64,000 nt of DNA. Origin: Bugula neritina. Taxonomy: Eukaryota; Animalia; Bryozoa. A program made the translations under genes and the position numbers. Each line of letters begins with the position of its first letter. Within the stretch, counting starts at the first letter, position 1. Positions 53,601 through 64,000 of the stretch are shown one piece after another. The stretch lies in contig OZ037771.1 of assembly GCA_964035545.1 (NCBI GenBank), positions 10,482,480 through 10,546,479 on the forward strand, read 5' to 3'. Under the pieces are notes generated by a model. It was given only the letters and a program-made list of their open reading frames with translations, was not told where the DNA came from and did no database searches.

Positions 53601-56152
53601 ATAAATTAAAGATTTATGCAGATTGAGTTGAGGTTTCAAGTTGATGGGCCAATAAACTGATAGCAGGTAAAATTTTATGATATGTTGAGGGAAGGCCTTG
53701 CAACTAAAATAGCTTCAAGTAGTGCTTGAAGTGCATATATATCTTGGGCACAGATTGATATAATTTCGGTTATGATTTATTGAAAGAGCCAACAGGCAGG
53801 TTGTCGCTAGCGTGCTAACATTGTTCATCACTTGGTAGTGTACTAGCTTCTCTAGCTAACTAAACTCATGATTCCTTCATAAAGTTCACAGTGTAAATGA
53901 ATCAACTGTACTATGACTCAGTTGATAATTCTACTGTTGATTTCAAATCTATATAACTTCCCCTTCAACCACAGCTTCCTGGGCCACTTTACAGCATTAC
54001 ATTATTATATAGTGGCAAATAAATAGTATCACTGTTACTGTAGTGAGATATTATGGCTGTCTCTAATGTCACATTATTCTGGCGTAGCATCACACCATCA
54101 TGTGGTGTCACATCACGCCGTCATGTAGTGTCACATCGCACTGTCTTTGTAGTGTCACGCTTATCTCCTGTTGGAGAAACCAGATCTGTTAGACTCAGTT
54201 CCTCAGATGACTGCGAGCAGGCAGCTAGCGTTCCTCACTCACAAAGCACACATGTGTTTGACCTCTGCTGAGTCGTGCCAGTGGAGTCCCAGCATGATTG
54301 CAGTTTCACTCATCAGCCTGGAGTTGGAGCAGTTCCGCAGTGACTGGTTCCCCCTCACCCTCTCCTTGCTCCACTTCATTCAAGTGAGTAGATCTCAGTG
54401 AACTCTGGTCAGTGATATAGAGCACAGCCTGTTGCAGAGGGTTAGGAGCCCACATCCCAAATATTTGGGCAGTAATTATTTAGCCATTATCATGTACATC
54501 ATATGTGGTTATAACCCGTGTATGTATGCTGCTGGCTTATGAGGAATGTAGTATTAGGTCATCCTACACTTCTATAGGAATTATAACTCAGGGTTAGTTA
54601 GTAGAATGAACTAGCAAGCTGAACTTTGGACTCTATTATAAAAGGATATTGATTATAAAAACATTTGATAATATTATCTGCTGTTAGGTCTGACATAGTA
54701 ATACTGTACGCTTTTCATCCACTATTGTAAAACAATCCCAGTTGTAACCACACCTGGATTACCTCTAGCCACATTCTACTCTCTCACCACCCTCTACTAT
54801 GTAACCACCCTCTACTCTCCCACCACCCTCTACTCTCTCACCACCCTCTACTCTCTCACCACCCTCTACTCTCTCACCACCCTCTACTCTCTCACCACCC
54901 TCTACTCTGTAACCACCCTCTACTCTCCCACCACCCTCTACTCTCTCACCACCCTCTACTCTCAATAGGTAATCCATCATATACTTTGTTACAGAACTTG
55001 AATTACTCTGAGCTAATAGGCTGCAAGGAGGCATTCTCCAATCACCTTCTTCTCTCAGTACAAAATACTCAGCAATTGACAGCCCAAAGCTGCAGGCAGC
55101 AAAAAAGGGTTCGGCATCACACCACTAGTAACAGCAGCAAGAGGAAGATGGTTGGCCCCTCCCCCCTTGAACAAGATGATATATATGCCAGGTGAGACAC
55201 TCTTTGGCTCCCTTATAAGTTAGTAACTCTGAGTGTTACTGTGTACTACCAGTGAGTAGTTAGTAACTCTGAGTATCACTGTGTACTACCAGTGAGTAGT
55301 TAGTAACTCTGAGTGTCACTGTGTACTACCAGTGAGTAGTTAGTAACTCTGAGTGTCACTGTGTACTACCAGTGAGTAGTTAGTAACTCTTAGTGTTACT
55401 GTGTACTACCAGTGAGTAGTTAGTAACTCTGAGTGTTACTGTGTACTACCAGTAAGTTGGTTGTGTGGCTGCAGGAGAGCAGTCAAGCAGTAATCTCGTA
55501 CTTGGCGGGTTTCCATGCATAGGTAATGAATTCACCACAAACGATTTCCAATTCCCACCCAAATTTTAAGTCAACAAGGGAAACGATGGGAATACCCAAT
55601 GGAGCTGGTCTGTTGGCCCAAGGCCAATCGATATCCACGAGAGCATCACGCTAAAATCACTCTTTGTTCACGATATTTACTATTCTATAACTACAATGTA
55701 GCATAATGACAGTCAATACGAGCGGCCACAACTGTCACTACTACTGCGTATCATAAACCTATTCCAGGGTCATTGTATTCATCAGGCGCCAGCATCTGTC
55801 TTTATTACTTATTTTTGATTGGCTGATGATTGGGACCCACTAGGCGGTATTTTTGAATGTTCAATTTTAGAGCCATTGACAACGATTTTTATTAGAAACT
55901 TTCATCACATCTCAGCTGCAGGTGCTTTCTCAGTTGTCTTCCCCACTTTCTCACCACATGAAGTGAACTCCTTACTGAGATCTTAGACTCAGAGTTGATA
56001 ATTGTTATAATAATATGGCTAGTGGTAGTCGCTCCGTGTTATGTTAATTCTGTAAACTTGATTGTTTTAGTATCAAAGGGTTATATGGTGAAATCTCAGA
56101 TGACCTTGCTGACCCAGCTATAGTTGCTGCTGCAATCATCAATGAAGACTGA
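50667..56152 (+). CDS. CCNI: Cyclin I
   Basis: Exons 50667-50777, 50994-51128, 51581-51796, 54153-54383, 54995-55191 and 56071-56152. Motifs: FYPEALALAVSLLDKFL, ASKITEEDEVVP, RMERLILNKLSW...ATPLHFL and C-terminal KRK...DDIYA/SIKGLY, typical of cyclin I. Confidence 0.92.
52110..52517. repeat. 29-bp intronic minisatellite (about 14 copies, gtaatacttacctcttcatactgatacaa)
   Basis: Visible tandem copies in cyclin I intron 3; 13 copies carry ACTTACCT. Confidence 0.95.
54768..54964. repeat. 18-bp pyrimidine-rich minisatellite (about 11 copies, ccaccctctactctctca)
   Basis: Visible repeats ending ~30 bp before the cyclin I acceptor at 54994. Confidence 0.93.
55218..55457. repeat. 40-bp minisatellite (6 copies, agttagtaactctgagtgttactgtgtactaccagtgagt)
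   Basis: Visible repeats beginning ~26 bp after the cyclin I donor at 55192. Confidence 0.95.
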
Positions 56153-56847
56153 ACTGGCTATTAATATTGTTGTTATACATATATATATTATATTATGTTA
56201 TATTATATACATATATTATCATGCATGTTTTAACTAGTACTGCACCCTACTTGTACCTGGCGTGGCCTCACAATGTCAGAGTATCAAGTATTTGAGAATT
56301 TGTTTTGGTTAATTTACTGCTACCACTTGGTGGCTTGCTATTTGAAGAGAGCTTTATAAGCCTTTACTTTAAAACAAGTGTATTGTATTGATTTTGTAAA
56401 TTAATTGATCTCTGCACAAGCCTTTACTTATTCTATATCAGATGTATTTATTTTCATGAGAGATTTTAGCTCTAGTTATTTATTGCTGTCAGCTGCAGGT
56501 AGAAGACACATTTTATAATTTAATAGTATTTTTATTATTTAATTTGCTGTATTTTGAAAGAAACTAGCAGTCAATAGATACTATTTTCACATATTATTTA
56601 TTCTGAAGTATATTTTGTACAAGAAATTAATTCCACTCAAGTTTGTCCTTTGCATGGTCATCTATTTTATCATGTTGAATCAAACTCAGTATTTAGTATA
56701 TACTAATCATACAAAGACAGTAATGTATTCTTTTTATATTTTTTGGTTGTTATAGGCTTAGCGAACAATCACTCCTATCACAATATTATGATATATGAAG
56801 ATACCAACTAGTTTTTGATAACTTTTTCTTGAAGAATACAACATATA

Positions 56848-56853
56848 AATAAA
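56848..56853 (+). terminator. Candidate polyadenylation signal of cyclin I
   Basis: AATAAA ~700 nt after the stop codon, followed by GT-rich sequence. Confidence 0.4.
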
Positions 56854-57138
56854 CATTGCTATATTGTATAAAGTTGTAGTCTATTGAGTTCTTGCAACAT
56901 CTAAAAAGACTGGAACCTGATGTAATTAAAGACTTCCAATGTGTCCACGGCACATGCAAAATAAATAGTGAAATAGCATTGAACTACATGCAGCTAGTTC
57001 TCTAAGCTAACAATCTCATAGCTACATGCTCTATGAACAAACCCAGCTTTATTTTCACAGTTTCATTTACAGACTGTGCAGCATAGTACTTATTAAAATT
57101 TTACAATTTCTCTCAACAAAACTTTTAGTGGCCTTCCA

Positions 57139-60100
57139 ATGGCTAATAGTTTTATCCGTGAACTGTGCATTGGCACAGGCAGCTATGGCAAGGTGTGGTT
57201 AGTTACCTACACTGGCAATAGGAAGCAGTATGTGCTAAAAGAGGTAAAGGTAAATGGACTGACAGACAAAGAGATTGACCAAGCTGTCACTGAGGTTAGT
57301 GTCCATCTCTAGGAGTATGTATCTCATGGAATCCAATTCTAGGAGGGTATTCATGGAGCTTGTTTTAAGAGGGTTTATCTTATGGCATAAGTTTGGTTAC
57401 AAACCTACTTTCTCATTTTCTTAAATAAGCCATTCAACTTGATGGCAAAGCTCATCAGGGCTTTATGTCAAAAATGACATTTTAATCCAAAAAAAGCAAG
57501 AGCAAATTCACGTGGGTCAACTGACATAAACTACCCAGCTCAAGATTTATTATCAATTGTTTATGCATTTATTTTGTGACTATTCCTTATAATATGCTCA
57601 ACCACCATCAGTCAAACTACTTATCCTACCTCACGGTCTGTGAGCTATAAATATATCTGTAGTTTCCATCTACTGGTGCTCCTATTCCACCTCTGCATAC
57701 CTCAACATAATAGCAGGCTAGCAGCTGTGTCCATTACTAAACATTTGCATGAAAATACTTCAAGTTAAGTTTGCAACTGCAGGCGTTGTTTAGTTTACAT
57801 TGGTGCATCATAGCTAGAGCTGAGGTAGTGTTTGTGTTCAGGGATTTGACTGGTTTATAACCACATCCATGTTAACCACTAGAAAACTGTAATATAACTA
57901 GAATATGGGTCATTCTTAAGATGCTGAGACTAAGTAGTTCCCTGTTTCTGAATGTAGGTGAAAGTACTGAGTAGGCTGACTCACTTCAATATAATCAGAT
58001 ACAAGCAGGCGTGGGTGGAAGGGCTGGAACTGAACATAGTGATGGAGTATGCCGAAAGAGGTATCACGTGACGTATATAGCAATGGACTGCGTGTCAAAT
58101 TGCAACTGGCATGATTATTCATTACTAACTATTTGAAAAATTGGATATTTATTATGTGCAGCAGCCAACAGCAGCCTCTAATATAGTTATTTATTGTTTG
58201 TGGTCTCAGAAAACAATCAAGTTAAAATTCTGCTCAAAAATATTTGTGTTATCAAGCAATGGTAATCATAAAACAATTTTCAAGTCAATACCTTTCCTTG
58301 CTTGCAATCAGAAAGGTTCTGAAATTTTGTCATCAGTTTAGACTTTGCCCTATTATATACACTAAACATATAGCAAATTGTTTCTACTACAGCTATAACT
58401 CTTCGGAACAAAGAACAATTAATAATTGACATTGTTTCCACACCAAACATGGCCATTGTCTTGAGGCATTCCACCTGTTCAACTCACAGCCACAGTAGCT
58501 TGCATAGCAAACTCTCATTTTGTTTAACAACTAGAGTATTATGTAAAGAAAATATTTAGTATAAAAACAATGATCCATTAAAAGTGATGTAAAATGCATT
58601 ATAAGATAACAAAGGCAATAAACAAATAATGCCCTACAAAACAAGTATGGATAGCTACTGTTCATTGTAAAGCAAATTGTGTTTAGATTCTTAAGATGGA
58701 GGATTGTTGAAGTGAATAAAGCATTGTGTTCTGTTTAGTATCATACCTTTTAATAAACTGTAAGGGTTCATTAGATTTCTAAAGTAATTTAAGTGGTTGC
58801 TTTGGAGCTAGGACACACCTGTTTTTGGGGAGCAAAAATGTTGGTGTGTTTTGGCTGAGACTAGCTACTCTCGTATTGGCTAGTTTTAGTTGACTCCAGT
58901 GAGTTTTTACGAGTTCTAAGTGGACAGACAACTCTCATTGTCTCTTATACTCCTTTAGTGTGTAATGTGCAACTTAAGTTACCTATTTTAAGATAAGAAA
59001 CAACTCTTTTGTTAAATGCCTTATACAACTGATTTCCTGCTACAGCAACTTGCACTATAGTCTGTATCGTCCACTCTCATGTCAAGTGTTGTAAAAATAA
59101 ACTCAATGAAGGGGGAAACATAATGTTTATTTTGGCAAGTCAGTGTATAGTGTGGTTGTCATTAGGCTACCATCAAAATAACAACTGCATGTTTGCTTCT
59201 TGCATAACCAAATGTTTGTGACAATGCCAAGTACTGGTGCTGTTTTTTTGGTAAATTGAGCAATTTATGCAGTACAAATGTTATTGTTTTACCATTTTTC
59301 AGGATACACTGTTTACATCACGGTATGTTATTATAGTATTGCTGCTACTAAAAACCCAGTAGCTCAAAAGAAACTTTGACTTTTAAATGTCAAGTAGCGT
59401 GACCCTTTTTAAACTTTGCAGTTCACTAACTACTAAAGTAAAGTTACGCAACACAATATCACTGCAGTAGTGTAAGTGCAGGCTAGGGTATTAGCTCGCT
59501 CTGCACAAGTCACGTTTTTGTAGCCTATACAATGCAGGGGTACTTTGGTACTGTGCCAAACTGAGTAATGAGAAAATTATTCATGAGAGAATTTTCTAGA
59601 ACCTCAATGTCCTGTAGCATTGTCAATATTGATAACATTTATAGTTAAAAATAGTATCCTGCTAGATACAGCTTATGCCCTGTTTGCTTTTCAAAGCTAA
59701 AAACTGTCTAGCTGCACAACTGTCCTACCTTTGCACCTTGCTACAAGCCCTAGAAGAGTGACTCATAAATTCACTGCATCAGGTTTCTATTAGGGGCCAG
59801 TAGCTGTATAGTAGTATATGACAACTCCTAAATGTGTGCATAACCTTTAGTGGCTGCTGTAAACTGCATAAACCTAGGTGTGGTAAACAAGACTCTTTAA
59901 CTAGAACGCATCACCCTCCATTTCTCCAAGAGCTGAACATTATATTGCATTTCTTAGAAAAACAGAATACAAAACCATGTCATAAGGCCAAGCTGATAAT
60001 TGAGTTTTCAAAATAGTAAGAATTTATTTTTTGAGTTGACAGTTACACTCACAGATAGTTACTGAGTAGCTCATGGGGTTTGTGAGCTAAGTACAAACTG

Positions 60101-62965
60101 TTATATAGTATATACAGACTATAGACTATTAACTGCCTATCCTATGTATGTGCTGTGTTGTCTCCTCCTGCAGGTGATCTTCACCACCTTATCCAGCTTC
60201 AGGCAAGCAAAGGTGAGCTCTTCTCAGAAGCTCAAATTCTTAGCTGGTTTCTACAGATGACATTTGCTGTAAAATACATTCACAAAGAAAACATCCTCCA
60301 CAGAGGTACTGCTTACCATCATGATATTATAAATTCTTCTTTTGATGTGATCATAAAGCTTAGGATACTAAAAGATGTATTTGCTTATATACTTTGTAGT
60401 GTATTAAGATTTAGGATGTCAATTTAAAGGGTTTAAATGGTAAAATCTCCATCAGATACTCAGATATGAACAGATATGTCACTAAGTGGATAATGTTGCC
60501 CGTCTTGTTGCTTAGCTACTGTATTATGTCTCCCTATCTCTCAATTTATAGCTTATGATTTAATTAACACCGCCCAATATCTTGTGCTCACATATAGTTC
60601 AGCTTTGCCGAAGCACCTTTTATTATATTTTTATTTCTTTTTTAATTATGATAAGCAATAATAATGAAAAAAATTCTATTTAGTACAGAGTACCTACTAA
60701 TCAGTAATGAAAATTTTTTAAAATTGTACAAAAGTTAAAAAGTTCTGGTATTTTAAGCCGGTAAATAGCCTACATTGATGTTACTTGCTCTTTGCTAATT
60801 CCTTCTTTCAGTAACACTTTTTTTGTTAATGATGAGTTACTTTTTGTAAATTTAGACTTGAAAACACAGAACGTCTTTCTGACAAAAGATAACATTCTAA
60901 AAATAGGAGACTTTGGTATAGCTAAAGTTCTTTCCAGTGACAGTGGTCAGGCTGTGACGGCAATTGGCACCCCCTATTACCTCAGCCCAGAAATATGCCA
61001 ATCACAATCGTAAGTAACAGGGCTAAATGTAGCTGTCCATGCAGCGCCATCAGCTGATAGATACTTCATAGATATGAAGTTCACATATTCTGTGGTAATA
61101 ATTTATTAGCATGAAGTTGCATATAATACTTCATAAGTTTTAATATCTTAAAATAGATCAGCATTTATATTGGATTTAGTGTAGGCAGGCTTTATAAATC
61201 ATATATACACATTTGTTCTGCATTAAATAGATAAACTGGCCCCATTATAAATTCCTGACTGATCTTTATAGGCAATGAGATAAATGCCTTTGAAGAGAGC
61301 AATTTCCTATTTTATTTTCTTCTATGTGAAGTTAAAATACCCTAGAGGTCATAAAATATACTGGCTTCATGCCTTTGAACCTTTCTCTAATAATTGCTAT
61401 AGCTTATACTAAGCACGAACCTGCAATTCCAAATAAAGTTAGTATAATTTCTTGCAGCTGTATAATTATATTTATGCAAATTATACTGCCAGTGATTTAT
61501 ATGTGATCTTAATCACTTATATTCAAATTGGTTATAACTTATAGCTGTATCAGTTGCAACGAGACTGGGCATGACTTGAACAATATAAGTTATAGAGTAT
61601 AAATACATATGAGGCAATCTAGTTGCGTTGAGTCATACAAACTATTTCTTAGTGCAAGCATGTTCACTCTATAGTTGCTTGTGGATCAGAAAATGATATT
61701 TTCAATAAAACTGGTTTATTAAATGAACTTTTTTCCAGACCTATCCTAAGCCAGAAAAATATTTTATAAATTACCTAAAATATTTGTAGATACAACAAGA
61801 AGAGCGATATCTGGGCATTAGGCTGCATTCTCTACGAGATGGCAACACTAAAACATGCCTTTGAAAGTTCCTCCTTCAATGGTCTGTTGATAAAGATAAT
61901 TCACGGTGACTACGGCACACTACCTGCGTAAGTAATCTGCTCAAACTTGCCCATTATGCTTATTATCCAAATGCTCAAAATTTCATACTACCATGCGATG
62001 CTGGCCAACCTTCTAGAAGTGTTCAATAATAAACAGCTTCGAGTTGGGGGTGACTGAGTGCAGAGTTTGAAGTTGGGGGTTCAAGTTGGAGCTTGAAACC
62101 CTCAACTCTAAACTCAAGAACTCCAAATTATTCCAAGCTATTGCACTCCTTTACCCTAAAGCGGAGCTGTTTGTAGAATGATTCAACCACTTCTACATTT
62201 TTTTAATCTTTTAGCCATTTTTGCTATCAACCTATCAGCTGGCTCATTGAGATGATGCTTCAGCACAATCCTGAAGACAGGCCAACTGCAGATGACATAA
62301 TGAGACTCCCTGCTCTCCGCCCACACATCACAGAGTATGAACGGCTGGCGCTCAGGTTAATAGAAGGCCGACAGGGAAGCAAATCAATATCACCAGTAAA
62401 CATATAATTATTTCACACTAAACAAAATTTTAGATGAAGTTTTTAATTATGTTGGGTTGCAGTAGTCTTTGCTTTTAAATGCACCAATTTTACAAAATAT
62501 AATATGAAAAGATTATATCTGTTTTTAAATAACCTATTACTATACCCACAGTAGTAGTCATCTAAAGTGGTGAACTGTACCTTATATAACAGGTGAGCTG
62601 TACCTATAACAGGTGAACTCATGCAATGACAAGTGTCACTTTAAACTACACTTACTCGTAATGACACAAGAAATTAGCAGTTTATCTTTAACATTTTCTA
62701 TAATCTGTTATGGCAGCTATTCTAACTTTAGAATTCTATTTCAGCTCAGGTTACCTTGAAAATTACAAAATAGTTTTGAACCACTTTTTTATAAAATATC
62801 AACAGGGGACATAACTCCAAAATGTTTTTCAAATTTTGAAACTAGAGAGTCAAGAGGCAGTCATTAGATGTGATCCGAGTAGAAGAAGCTGAAACTTCTC
62901 CCGCCTTAAAGAGACGGACAAGATCTGCTGACTCCGCGGTCAGTCCTATTTGTGAGAAAGTTCAG
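57139..62965 (+). CDS. NIMA-related (NEK1/4/5-like) Ser/Thr kinase; complete kinase domain, C-terminus unresolved
   Basis: Exons 57139-57294, 57958-58060, 60174-60305, 60856-61009, 61790-61927, 62215-~62395 and probably ~62846-62965. Motifs: [83 protein letters not shown]. Confidence 0.92.
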
Positions 62966-64000
62966 GTTTGAATAATTTATGCTTGTCTGCAAATTTGAAA
63001 ATTCTGTTTTTGGTACTTTTCAATCAAATCAACAATACGAATCTAAAATTTCTAAAAAAACATTCTCCCACAACTTGATTTGTTGTTGAAATTGAAATAT
63101 AATATTAGCATTTCCTGCAACATACTTGTCATTATTAAAAGCTCAACATGACGCAAATGTAGACATGATGTATAACTTGGATGTTGAAGTTGCGATTGAT
63201 TTAAAGATGCAAGTAAGGTTAAAAGGTGTTTAAATAACCGCCAATTGCTCTGCCAATAGAATACTCATGTATGTTGCTATTTATTTGCAAATAGTTTGTG
63301 AATAACACATATATATAAACTCATAATTGCAGCAATATGTTACTATTTGGTAATTGATGTATTATATGACAGCTGAGATGTTGCTTATATTTTGTGTTGA
63401 ATTAGTGGTGTTTTTGTTTGATGTTAGTTGAAGATTGCAAAAATGTGCAGTTTTGGGCTCTCTTCTAACTAACAAATTTGGAGAAGAAGACTAACTTTGA
63501 TATGTTTTCAATTTACAAAATGCTCATAACTCCAGACTTTAATTTTTCCCTATAAAATTGCATCAATAAAAGTAATTCCTTTTCAATACCACTTATCAAA
63601 ATGTTTCAGGATTTAAGTTGGAGTAGAATGCATTTTCACCATAAATTATCAAAACAATACAATATAATATAGTTATAAATATATATATACTTTAGTTTAA
63701 GATATAGTAAGCGTAAATTAAGTTGTTCAAGAAATATAATATAATAATATAATATAGTAATATAATATAGTAATTGTAGTATAATGTTGTTTACAATTGC
63801 TGAGTTATTTATATACCTAACAGTAATATGCTATTAATATATATGATGTCGTAGATTTGTGATTCATTCCTATGTTATATATATATACCTTACACTTATG
63901 ATCAGCAGCAGTTCTTTCTATGCTGTCAAGCTGTATACTTTATACCTTACAATAATAAACGTCACGATACATTATTCCAATGGTCTCATCTTAATTATTA

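Noticed and set aside
54765-55034. RVEGGE-repeat ORF on the minus strand
   Set aside because: It is the antisense translation of the 18-bp minisatellite.
55500-55870. CpG-rich block in the last cyclin I intron starting ggcgggtttcca
   Set aside because: It looks like one end of a DNA transposon, but I found no matching second terminus.
57916-58122. Nested minus-strand gene inside NEK
   Set aside because: The ORF is the antisense shadow of NEK exon 2 (57958-58060).
59303-59322. 20-nt microexon candidate (ttttcag..gtatgt) in NEK intron 2
   Set aside because: The flanking exons already join in frame (YAERG/DL); inclusion would frameshift the kinase domain and nothing supports its use.

Overview
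AT-rich, intron-containing invertebrate-like animal DNA. It is not prokaryotic, and I see no CRISPR array, rRNA or tRNA gene. Six spliced genes could be stitched by hand: MRPS24 (-, runs off the left edge), a large uncharacterised gene with two degenerate bHLH-Zip-like segments (-, 8626 to at least 21.7 kb, possibly a divergent MGA-type protein), DNAAF3 (+), cyclin G (-) and cyclin I (+) arranged head-to-head, and a NEK-family kinase (+, no stop found). Mobile DNA comprises a decayed RTE LINE plus a second fragment, an old CR1/L2-like RT remnant, a tRNA-derived SINE, several MITEs, and an ISL2EU transposon whose ~1.07-kb inverted arms appear to have arisen by copying its right end over its left end. 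The most unusual observations are (i) a ~170-nt CpG-rich, multi-stem candidate RNA bounded by direct repeats in cyclin G intron 2, (ii) the fold-back transposon, and (iii) intronic tandem arrays built from splice signals, including a 3-kb 22-bp array that starts at a real 5' splice site and a 29-bp array repeating the U1 snRNA 5' end. Protein family calls rest on remembered motifs, not on database searches.
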